Below are positions 23,510 through 33,892 of a DNA stretch of 53,242 nt, one piece after another. The stretch spans positions 1-53,242 of the forward strand of contig JAUCBJ010008945.1 in assembly GCA_032718475.1 (NCBI GenBank). The letters are read 5' to 3'. The position numbers and the translations under genes were made by a program. The stretch's first letter is position 1, and every line of letters begins with the position of its first letter. The notes beneath the pieces are model-generated. The model ran no database searches, was not told the DNA's origin, and was given only the letters and a program-made list of their open reading frames with translations. The stretch comes from Nemertoderma westbladi (lineage: Eukaryota > Animalia > Xenacoelomorpha).

Positions 23510-23760
23510 ATTTAATCTAGAACAGAATTTAATGAGGATTACAAATCTGAAAACCGCTTAGTGAGACCTCTTTCAGTTCTCGAGTTATCACTGTTTTCTG
23601 TATGACGGTCTGTCCGCCAAATTATAAGAAAGACAGAAAACCGACAGACAGACAGGAGACAGACAGACTAGATTCCACCAAACAGCCAAACATTAAAACT
23701 GACATCGGAAATGAAATCAGCGACCCCGAAAACCCCCCTAATAAAAATTTTAGCTCTTTG
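23510..23760. repeat. Dispersed repeat fragment with (GACA)n microsatellite, Helentron/DINE-like
   Basis: TAGAACAGAATTTAATGAGGAT.ACA.ATCTGAAA.C.GCTTAG is shared with about 10975-11030. There is a GACAGACAGACA tract at about 23643-23670. Confidence 0.5.
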
Positions 23761-24461
23761 GTCTGAATCCTTCGTACCTGAAATAATTTACCAACCAGAA
23801 CACAGACAGCCAATTTTGGGGGGAAGGTTTAAACTTTGAAGGCAATTATCTTGGAATGACAATTTTCAGATTACTTTTCATCCGCCATTTTTCAACCAAT
23901 TTTCTTCGTTTTTGACTCATTTGAACGAGCTTTGGAAGCTCTTTAAAGGTTATCTAATGGAATTTTGATAAATATTACAATTTTGTGTAATTAGCCAATT
24001 TTAATTAAAAATATGATAATTGATTAATTAAATTAATTTATTAATATAAAAATGGCTAATTAAAAATTCTAAGATAGAAGAATATAAGATAACTTTTGTA
24101 GTAGAGTCCAAAAAAGTTGGTTTAAAGAAATTTGGACCAAGATTGAAGGACTAGTAGCATTTTCAGTGAAATCTGTAACTCCGCCGCCAGCCGCTATAAA
24201 TTTTCAAATTTTCCTATAGAGGCTATTTGGCCTTTCATACAGTGGTTGGCCATGACAAAATAGTAACATTATCATTTAACACTAATTGACCCTATTTAAA
24301 AAAAGGTTCATGGGGGGGGGGGTATGCCCCCACCCAGGCACCCCCCCCCCCCCCCCCCCTCAATTTCTTTCTGTTTGCTTTGAAATTGAAATAAAGTAAC
24401 ACAGTTGTTAACAATATTAAAATTTTCAATCACTGACTGACTGATATAAATACTGAAATAC

Positions 24462-25241
24462 CTCGTCTGAAACAGGATCTACGTCATCGTTATATCTCGA
24501 TCTCCATAACTTCCTGAAGAATTCTTCCATCGCGGCTTTCAACTCCGGGGTCTCCTGCGTCATGTAGAGATGATAGGCGTCGGTAACGTAATCGATAAAC
24601 AGTCGCTCAACGTCGTCAGCAGATGGAAACGAATCATCACCGGTACAGATGATACCTTTAACGTCCGTGCGTAAGGAAACTGTCGCTAACTCTAAAAGCC
24701 AATGCAAAGCGCCGAGGAACTGGGGCCAACCATGCGGTGTGCTCACGTTGTAAACACTCGTCTTATTTATCATGAACGGATATCCTAAACTCTTAAACAC
24801 TTCCACGATATACCCTTCTGGGGACCGGGATGGTAACTCGTAGTGGTCGTCCAGAAATCGCAATAGAAAAACGAGAATCAGCTGAAAAGTTCGGCTTGTT
24901 GGCGGGCTTAAGGCCTTCACAGTGAGAACAGTTCCAAAGTCCTGAGCAGACAGGAATTCTACCAACTCCAAGGTTAATTTCTTCACATAAACTTTGTCAT
25001 TTAAAGGGCGGGGATCTTTCATGGGTATTTTGTGGCCGATAGAACTCGGCCGAAAGGAACTGCGATTGCTAACTGAGTTTCTACTTCCGCTTGTTCCCGT
25101 CATGTTGTGAGTTTTATCCAACTCGGTTCGGCCTTTACCGGCAGGTCTGGCAATGCTCTTCCGCGAAGTTAACATGGAGGTCCGTTTCGAGGTGCCCATC
25201 GATTGCTTCCTAACCGGAATAGAAATACGTGAACCCGACAT
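24462..25241 (-). CDS. NDC80: Kinetochore protein NDC80/HEC1, exon 1 (basic N-tail and calponin-homology domain)
   Basis: ATG at 25241 (MSGSRISIP), a basic tail with RxS motifs, KDPRPLNDK, FKSLGYPF and HGWPQFLGALHWL. The donor GAG|GTATTT starts at 24461, and the exon is 780 nt. Confidence 0.93.
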
Positions 25242-25765
25242 TTTTAAGTGTAACAGGAACACGACACAGTACCGTGCAGCCGTGTACAGCCGTACTCCAG
25301 TACTCAGACTGATGAACTGCACTACAGCTGTTACGGTGTTAGCTTAGCTGTAGGCCTACCTCAGTACCCTGTATCTCTACCAGCCTAATGCAGTAAAAAA
25401 TGTCCAATGTCCTCAATCAAGTATTGCAGTATTGACCATTACAGCATTAGGCCTACAGTATTAACATTATTAAAAATTAAAATGGGGATTACCGGACGCA
25501 TATTACCAATTGGATGGGGTGTCGTTTCAGCCTATTTTAACATATTATTAACTTAATTTCGCGAATATTTAATTTCAATATTCACCATTTAAGGTACCTT
25601 TTACAGGAAAGTAGTAGGTTATAATGGCAGGCTTTTCTAACCAATACAATTAACTAAATTTAGGTTCAAAATCCGGTCATCTTTTCACAGGGGGGTGGAA
25701 GGGGGCAGCTAAATTAGGACGTCCGATTTTTCGCCTTTTTATATTTAGCATAATGCTATAATATT

Positions 25766-26006
25766 GGGTGTAAACGCTACGCGCGGAGCTACGCCGACAA
25801 CCGACGCAGCCGACAACCATACTGTCGACAACACCAAATATGAAAATATAACCTGAGTTCGTCACTCTCGTTTATTGTTTTGGTTAGAATAAACTTCCAG
25901 TGTAACATGTTCCTTTCCCTCATTCTGTCAATTGACAGTTATCATTAATAAGCTTAAATAATGGTTGTTGGTGTTGGTTGTCGGTTGTCGGCGTAGCGTT
26001 TACACC
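25766..26006. mobile_element. Mutator-like MITE of 241 bp upstream of NDC80
   Basis: TIR GGTGTAAACGCTACGC / GCGTAGCGTTTACACC with CCGACAA subrepeats; 9-bp direct repeat TATAATATT at 25757-25765 and 26007-26015. Confidence 0.85.
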
Positions 26007-28857
26007 TATAATATTAATTTATCGCTGTAACAAATAGGTTACCAGATTCGCAATACCATACAGGTAGAGTCCGGAATACAGTACATAACTTGATCAGATT
26101 GCTGACGGGATGTAGATATTAGTTAGGGGTAGGGGCTGACCTTGACTACACTGTACTGAAATTTAGTGTAGTTTACGGAAATTTATTTCTGTATAGGTAC
26201 AGTAAGTATTAATTTATTATTATTATTAGATATTTTGGAGATTTTAGAGATTCTTTATTAGTACTCACATGCAAGGAACTCATGTAAGTACGTACAGTAT
26301 TTATATGATATGATCACCATGCAAGACTCCATTCATGATTATTGAGATCATTGATATTAATCTGTACAATCTGTTGTTTGTCTCTCTATGTTGATTTTGC
26401 TGTTTGCCTATGATAGATACTTCAGCTTCTACGTTTAGTCTATTGTATCATCTTATAGGTTTGATTGTTTATGTTTATTTCACCATGTTGTTTGTTTATA
26501 ACGGTATGTTTATTCCCCCGAAGTTGTTTGCTGTATGTCTGTTTCACTGTGTTGCTATCTGTCATCAATTGTTCATGTACATTATCATTAAATATGTCCC
26601 AGTCCCATATATGTCTTGTCTACTGTCGGTATCTTCTGTGTTTAACACACAGTCAGTATCATTAATCTCCTGTTTTAATATCCAGTCCATATTCATACTG
26701 TAAAAATTATCTCTTCACTCTTCGCAGGACATATTCAGGACATATTCATATTGTTTATTCAATTTTGGGATATTTTTGTTATTAATTTATAGTCTATAAA
26801 AACAGTACATACTGTACACACATACATACATACTAGCATGATCTCCAAAATGAAACAAATTATCACTATATTTTGTGTTTATAGGTTAACGGTACCGGTA
26901 CAATACAGCAAAAGCATTTGGTCGACAATTCAGTCAGTACCTGTGTATGTTTAACAGAAGCTTTCGTTTCTCTACTAACAGACTAATAATCTTTCCATAA
27001 AAAATGGTCTGGTCTGCCCTGCCCTGCCCAACCACTAGAATCGGTATTTTGTACCCAAATAAATACAATGACCAATCAGGCAATATAAGTAGTTCCGAAT
27101 TCCGGTAGTATTGTAGACCCAGAAAGAAAGAAAAAACCGATCAATCCAAACTAATGGAACAGCAAAACGGATAAGTGCAAAGCAGTGAAAGGCGAATCAA
27201 TGCGAAACGTTTCAATGCACAATAGAACATCGAAACTACAAGAAAATCAAGGGCGCGGACCTCTCAGACAGCTACTAATTAAAAACACGGCACAATGAAA
27301 GACGTCCGGAACTTAGAATAATTTAATTTTAGGCATTCCGCAGTCAGTGCATCTGAGAGTTATTAAATTATCTAAATAGGTTTCGGCCCTGTATATCAAG
27401 TAAACGGATTAATATAGAGCGACTGGATCTGGTCAGATACGGATATGTTAAATTAATGGACTTAAATTAATGATATTTAATTAATGGACTTAAATTAATG
27501 GACACAGGATGCAGACAACAAAGTAAAGATAATTAATTACCTGCCCTTTTTAGCCAACAGCAACAACAATATATAAGACAAACGTTTAATGCGATCGTTA
27601 CATTCAGCAATCAAAACAATACTGATGATAATATCAGATCACAAAAAATTTATATTTGATTCATAGAATTTGGATCGCCTTCACAAAGAAAGGTTTTTAC
27701 TTATTTTAAGGTGAGTGAAATAATATTTACAAACATTTTTTCCTATGAGATTATCAATATCAATGTGAGACAAAAATGTACTCCATGTTTATCAACATCT
27801 ACCAACTTACATTATTAAATAAACAGTTCAATAATTATTAAATTAATGAATAATGAATGATAAAAATAAAATAATATTCAAAACTTTAAAAACAAAAGAT
27901 TTACCCGTTTATGTAAGCTTTGTGGAACTAAATATATTTTCTTCATTAGAAATTGGCTTAGAAAAAGTGGTCCTTAAGAGGCCCATGGTTGCTAAGGGAT
28001 TCGGATTAACAATGTGACTGGAATAATTTTCAGTGCATGTCTAAGCCTAAAAGCATCTGAAAACGTCTTGAAATAATGCTGTTATTCAATTGTAATTACT
28101 ATTTTTATACCAAACATAAAATTAGCATAATTATGGATGAATATAATATATGAATTTCCTACGCATTAATCTATCATTAAACATGTCATGTTATCAGACA
28201 CAGAACTTTAGAAGACTTATAGTGCGTTAAGCGCAACCGATATTACAAATAACTGAAATAACAGTTAATAATTATTAATAATAATTTCCATCCTGATTTG
28301 ACTTGGTGCGCGAAAAAATTGTTGGGCTAGAAACAATTGAATAAGGGGTAACAAGATGCTCTGAATCGAGTGGCGGGGAGCGTTTTTTGTAAAAACACGT
28401 GGAAACGGTCGAAATGGCGGGTTTAATTAAACCCGGAGAGCCAATTTTGAAAATCGGCTGTGATTGGCTGCTACATATTTGACGTCATTACGCAGTGCTC
28501 TGATAATTTTTAATCTTGGTTTCTATGGATAGAGATTTTCGATCGATTCAAATACACATTAAATCTCAATCATTTCACACTTATATTAATTGAAGGAGGA
28601 GAGTCTTGCGCGTCTTTGACTGTCCGTCTGTCTGTCGTTCTGACTATCCAAATCCAAGAGTAAATTATAAGCACACTGATGTATGTCTGATATCTTGACA
28701 TGTTCCGTCTGTTAATATCAGTCCTGTGTACGTGAATTACAAGAACAGCAAAATCTCAAAACCGAGATACTATGTTAGAAAAACTTTAGATAATGCATTA
28801 TTTTGAAATAATGCCTAAGTGGAAAATAAGTATAAGCCTATCAAATCGCTAAGTGAA

Positions 28858-29781
28858 TTATTTTTTAGCTAAATGCTCATTCCAGTCGGGCCAGGCAAGA
28901 TTCTTGACTCTTTCCATGTAAGGAGGAATATTTGGGCAATGCCTCAAAACGTAATTGCGATGAGGGTAGTCGAGATTCTCAATGTACATAAACAGTGAGA
29001 AAAACGCAAACACGGTGCCATCTGCAGTTGATACTTTATCTCCAAACAAATAATCGTTGTCACCAAGGATATCGGAAACCGCCTGTATGTCTTCCCCAGC
29101 GATCTCCCACATTTCGTCCCACGTGTGTCTACCTATTCCTTGCAACCAGGCTCGTTTCCTTAGCAGTCGATTCGTTGTCCACGCGAAGAGGGCAATAACG
29201 AATGGATTGTAAGGAATATGCATTGAGTTAAGGAAAGTTCTGCCATTCAAACAAAACCGGTACATCACCACTGTCAAAAAGAAATCGCCTTCCAACATAC
29301 ACACGATCGCTGTTGACACAGCTTTTTGTTTCTCTGTCAACCAATCATCCAATTTCAGAGCAAACTTTGACGTTAGGGTTTTCATTATTAAATGAGTATC
29401 TGGAATTTCTTTGCCATTAAAATCAATAAATGGAACTTGCTTCAGTCTACTTTCTTCCCACGAATTAATCCGTTTGTACTTTATATTAGCCAACCTCATA
29501 AAGGTTTGGGCTTTCATAGCAAACGGGCTGATGTGCGGTACGTGAGGATGGCGGATATCACTAGGTCCTGCGTAGAAATAGACCACATCCTTCTTATAAT
29601 CGACCAATGTGTCTCGAAGCCTAGAACTACGGCAACGGTACACGATTAATATTGTGGTTGCCACAGTTCCACCGACAATAAGGAACGGTGTAAATGAAAA
29701 CGAATGATCATTTTTTATATTTTGTTGAAAATCCCAAACTTTACGACTCGCTAAACGAATAATATTTAATAAAGTTTCCAT
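28858..29781 (-). CDS. FAXC: Failed axon connections homologue (metaxin/GST-like); single coding exon
   Basis: N-terminal TM segment, ISPFAMKAQTFMRLANIKY, QVPFIDFNGKEIPDTHLI, QGIGRH, YLFGDKVSTADGTVFA and YMERVK...WPDW. Confidence 0.9.
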   Translation of the reverse strand: METLLNIIRLASRKVWDFQQNIKNDHSFSFTPFLIVGGTVATTILIVYRCRSSRLRDTLVDYKKDVVYFYAGPSDIRHPHVPHISPFAMKAQTFMRLANIKYKRINSWEESRLKQVPFIDFNGKEIPDTHLIMKTLTSKFALKLDDWLTEKQKAVSTAIVCMLEGDFFLTVVMYRFCLNGRTFLNSMHIPYNPFVIALFAWTTNRLLRKRAWLQGIGRHTWDEMWEIAGEDIQAVSDILGDNDYLFGDKVSTADGTVFAFFSLFMYIENLDYPHRNYVLRHCPNIPPYMERVKNLAWPDWNEHLAKK

Positions 29782-30804
29782 AATATTTGTAATAAAGATA
29801 AATAATATTTACAACACAAATACAATTAAACTAATTTCATAGACATTATTATTGTACTGTGTGAAGGGAGATACACAATATGTTTAATACTGTAAGGTGA
29901 AGTATTAATTAAGATACCGGTATATATACTACTGTAGCTGTCTGAATGTAGGCCTACGAGATATAAAATAATAATAAGAATAAGGTGATTTATGTGCTTA
30001 TCGGATTTATAATATGCCTTCTGGGGGGTCAACTAATAATGGCTACACCAAATAGTATGATAAAATAAACCTATAACATATTGCTTTAAGTTGCGTGTAT
30101 CAATATCATTTATAAAACATGACAGTACCTCATACCTCCATTGCTACAAGGATAGAATGATTGCCAAGTGTGGGTGGGGGTCGAGCCACGTTAGTGATAA
30201 GAACTAACCCTATAGTAGGCCTATCAATGCTATAGTCAGTCGAACGTTTGTACGATTGGTTAGATTTACTATTTTACAGAGAATCAACTTTCAACATTCC
30301 ACTTCAACTAAAAGATGAAAACATTGACATAGCCTATGGGGATGTTCACACATAAACAGTCAACTTTCAAAATCCCCCAATCCTATGTTCTATGTATCTT
30401 ATTTGAAAGTTGAAAACTGGTCTCTCTAGCATTGGCAACCATAATCAGACGTAACAACTACCGTATTTCCCAACTGAATATTGCGGAAACCTTTCGTATC
30501 GCTGGTCCATCGCCAGTCAAGGACATTTTATGTGATCCGGACCTAGTAGGTACAGTATGGCGTGAAACGTATTCGTATAAATACGTGTAACAGCGGTTCA
30601 ACATTACAACTGTGTAATTTATTATATTTCCATGTAAATTATTAATATGTACCTGAATCGAACATGAAATATAAATTTTATCCTAATATACATTTAGAGA
30701 CTAACTACTGTAGGCCTATATAGATGCATTTATTACAATATATCGTATACCTTATTGAATATTATATTAATTATAAATATTTGCAGAGGAAGCTATTTAC
30801 GAAT

Positions 30805-31041
30805 ATGAAATCCACAGGAGTTACGATGCTGTGTTTCACACTCATGTTATTAGTGACGACGTTGATACAGCTCACCGATTGTAATAACTTCAACTCCGAA
30901 GCTGAGCCTATTGAAAATGGAAGATTCGGAAACTACGAAACGAAAAGGAAAAACTGTCAAAATGTGGAACGTGATTGCCGTGGAAAAAAGAGATTAGCCT
31001 CGTTCCACCCCAAATATCGATGTTGCGGCTACGGATTTTAG
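30805..31041 (+). CDS. Putative small secreted Cys-containing peptide precursor (78 aa)
   Basis: Signal peptide MKSTGVTMLCFTLMLLVTTLIQLTDC, acidic pro-region, KR, then KNCQNVERDCRGKKRLASFHPKYRCCGYGF. There is a splice acceptor TTGCAG at 30781-30786, TATAAATA at 30576 and AATAAA at 31261. Confidence 0.7.
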   Translation: MKSTGVTMLCFTLMLLVTTLIQLTDCNNFNSEAEPIENGRFGNYETKRKNCQNVERDCRGKKRLASFHPKYRCCGYGF

Positions 31042-31305
31042 AACGATTTGCTTCACAAATTAAATTCCAGTAGGTGCACAGCACAGTGCAGAGTGTATGA
31101 ATTGCATATTGTAATATGAATATTGTATAAATTGCTATGCAGGGTTCAATAATAGACAGCTGTTGCGCGGAAACATTACCTGACTAAAACCAATTGAATT
31201 AATTAGAGGTAACAAGATATACTGAACCAATTGGACGGGTGTTTTTTAGTTAAAAATCAGAATAAATTCCATAAAAGTACTGCTTACATTAAACTCCTGT
31301 GCTAA

Positions 31306-31667
31306 GGTCTGTGTCCGAGTGGATACATAGCCTGTTGAACTTCTTTCATGTTAGTGTTTAACGGCGTGCGCAGGTTCAAATCCGACAAAAGGTTGTAACA
31401 ATTTCACGCTGTTATTTTGCCAAGAAAGTCACTTTTAGATATTAGTGCCTACATATTTTTGCAAACCCAGCGGTCCAATGGGAACCTGGAACCTGGCCTC
31501 TGTTGGAGGTGTAAAGAAAGGGTTGGATGGTTATGGAGTGTCCACCCTTGTGAGATAGTGTGGCACCCTCCCTGGCTTGCATGTAATAGCCAAGAGAAGG
31601 AAGGTTTCGGGATGCGTCCGCAGTGCTTCGTGTTTCCTATTCACAGATGACTTTACCTTACTTTTAC
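31306..31667 (+). mobile_element. tRNA-derived SINE, second family
   Basis: A box TGTCCGAGTGG (31312), B box GGTTCAAATCC (31373) with long spacing as in Ser/Leu tRNAs, a central ACCCAGCGGTCCAATGGGAACCTGG, and the tail TTTACCTTACTTTTAC. Confidence 0.7.
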
Positions 31668-31842
31668 ATAGGCATACAATGATTATAGTGAGGTAATTCG
31701 AAAAATACCCGAATAATTGAGATTACGAGAAATGTTAATTAATAACAATAACAACAATATACAATGTTGTGGAATCGAGAGCCTTCTATGAGGTGCTACT
31801 AAACCACATTCTCTAGTTGGGCCTCAATTTTTAAACCGTTAC

Positions 31843-32004
31843 TGTAATATCGGTATAAACTACAATCAATTAACCTTTTACACAATCAACTAAAGACAAG
31901 ATAACATAGAAAGTACATACATAAATAGTGCTTACTATAACAGCTGTTAAGGTTATCAGCTGGTAGACATAACTAGGTAATAGAGTTTTCATAGAGTTAT
32001 GACA
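31843..32004 (-). repeat. 3' LTR of the copia element
   Basis: Direct repeat of 36715-36876. Confidence 0.97.
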
Positions 32005-32083
32005 TTCATATGATTTTTATTTTTAACTAGACAAGTGTATTAAAGTTTTTAAATATTAATAAGAATAAGTCAAACACAATAAT

Positions 32084-33007
32084 TCATTCTAAGAGTTTCA
32101 ATAGTTGATAACCAGATGTCTCCTTGGTTAGTACATCAGCCAATTGCATCTTTGTCGGCACATACTCGAAAACCATGCAATATAATTTCATAGCCTCCCG
32201 AAGTGAAGCGAGATAGATTTTGAGTCGTTTTTCCAATGGAGCATTCGTTAAACTATGCACAGCATCAACGAGACTCTTGCAGTCAGACCGTATTGACCAG
32301 TTATTTCGTTTTATCATAAATTCATTGAGAATGTATTCCATATACAGTGCAAGATCCATAGCAGCTGCTGATGCCAATGTTTCGGCGGCAAATGTTGATC
32401 TAGCAATACGACGTATTCGATGAGATCGCCAGTTCACAACATTGATTACTTTTCCTTTTTCATCTTCTAATACTATGACAGCGCCACTTTGAGAACCTCC
32501 ATCTTGCAGATTACCATGGCTGCTATCAGTGTAGACAATTGGCTTAATTGTATCCATTGGACGGTGGTAAATAAAATTTGGTGAAAAAGCCTTGGCTTTT
32601 CGCAACAATTTATTGACCTTGGTAATTATCTCCACCGTAGGATCCTTCAATTCTGATTGTAGAGCTGAAACACTGAATGAAAGATCTGGGCGAGTTAATG
32701 CCGCAGCCCATTGTAGACTACCTAGAAGAGATCTTACCAATGATATTTCTTCTATTGTTAGCAACTCAGATTTATTCCTGTTAGCCGAACATTGAATATC
32801 ACACAACTTTGTAAATTTGTCCAGTTGGGAAACAGCAATTAGAAAACGATCACCTTGATCTATAACAGTTTGTATACATAGACCCAGAAACGAAAAACAA
32901 TTCTCAGTAATTTTTCCAATGGTAAATTTGCTTTGAATCTTTGACATAATGTTTATCTTGAACCAATCTGATCCAGCGTACAAGAAATCATCAACGTGAA
33001 CAAGCAA
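32084..33007 (-). CDS. Copia pol: RT C-terminal part and RNase H (frameshifted segment)
   Basis: LVHVDDFLYAG, TRPDLSF, YTDSSHG, RSTFAAETL, SDCKSL and QLADVLTK. Confidence 0.92.
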   Translation of the reverse strand: MLVHVDDFLYAGSDWFKINIMSKIQSKFTIGKITENCFSFLGLCIQTVIDQGDRFLIAVSQLDKFTKLCDIQCSANRNKSELLTIEEISLVRSLLGSLQWAAALTRPDLSFSVSALQSELKDPTVEIITKVNKLLRKAKAFSPNFIYHRPMDTIKPIVYTDSSHGNLQDGGSQSGAVIVLEDEKGKVINVVNWRSHRIRRIARSTFAAETLASAAAMDLALYMEYILNEFMIKRNNWSIRSDCKSLVDAVHSLTNAPLEKRLKIYLASLREAMKLYCMVFEYVPTKMQLADVLTKETSGYQLLKLLE

Positions 33008-33858
33008 TAGACCCTCGAGTTTTCACCTCTGTGCATAAAATACAATGCTGGATCTGCCTTGCTACGAAACATACCTGCCTCTCTTACTACATAGTCGACA
33101 TGATTATACCAATTACGAGATGCATCGACTAATCCATATACTGTCTTCTTTAGCTTCCAACAGGTGTTAGCTGGTAAACTGACTTCTGGGGGTGGGTGTA
33201 GAAATACATCTCGTTTTATTTGTTCACCCTGAAGGAAGGCTGTTTTTACATCCATTGTTGTTGGTTTATAACCCATAGTTGGAAGTAAACTCAGAACCAA
33301 CTGTAGAATTTCTCTGTCAATAGTGGGCGATTCAGATATGATATTTTCTTTCTCACCATCTTGAAACCCCTTAGCAACTAGCCGAGATTTTGCCACAACT
33401 TGGCCATTTGGTAATGATTTCCAAGAATTAACCCATCTGGTTTGAATTGGTTTATTTATAACTTCTTCCATTGAAACAATTTCAACAACATCATATTCTT
33501 TCCATGAGAGCAGCTCCTTTTGTTTAGAGTGATAAAACTCTTCCTCATTTTGACATTTAACATTTGGAGTACCAACAACTCCGTTAGCATTTTCAGCAAC
33601 TATCATTTCTTCAATATTGTTGCACTGATAGCGTTCAGGGGGCCTTTTAGTCCTTGGTGTTAATGTAGTTTGTTCTAAAGGTTGATCAAGTTGTTTCAGT
33701 GCGCGAATTGTAGCTCTATTGTACAAAGGCTCATCAGCAACTACATCTGGTTCAGAAACCATTGAAGATGATTTTTCTGTATTTTTATACATTAACTCCA
33801 AGTTTCCATTGCCATTTATGGTTGTATTATTCGAATCAACATCATCTGTTAATGGCAA
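32953..33858 (-). CDS. Copia pol: linker and RT N-terminal part (frameshifted segment)
   Basis: KSRLVAKGFQD, ESPT, MDVKTAFLQG, WKLKKTVYGLVDASRNWY and DPALY. Confidence 0.92.
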   Translation of the reverse strand: MPLTDDVDSNNTTINGNGNLELMYKNTEKSSSMVSEPDVVADEPLYNRATIRALKQLDQPLEQTTLTPRTKRPPERYQCNNIEEMIVAENANGVVGTPNVKCQNEEEFYHSKQKELLSWKEYDVVEIVSMEEVINKPIQTRWVNSWKSLPNGQVVAKSRLVAKGFQDGEKENIISESPTIDREILQLVLSLLPTMGYKPTTMDVKTAFLQGEQIKRDVFLHPPPEVSLPANTCWKLKKTVYGLVDASRNWYNHVDYVVREAGMFRSKADPALYFMHRGENSRVYCLFTLMISCTLDQIGSR

Positions 33859-33892
33859 TAATCCAATATTGGAGGATATAGGGATTTTAATT

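Noticed and set aside
25242-25322. Upstream in-frame extension of NDC80 given by the ORF track
   Set aside because: It begins at a non-ATG codon. The ATG at 25241 in an AAAAATG context gives a typical basic tail and a 630-aa protein.
30724-30804. Longer 105-aa version of the secreted peptide ORF
   Set aside because: The extension is AT-rich, intron-like sequence upstream of a TTGCAG acceptor. The signal peptide starts at 30805.
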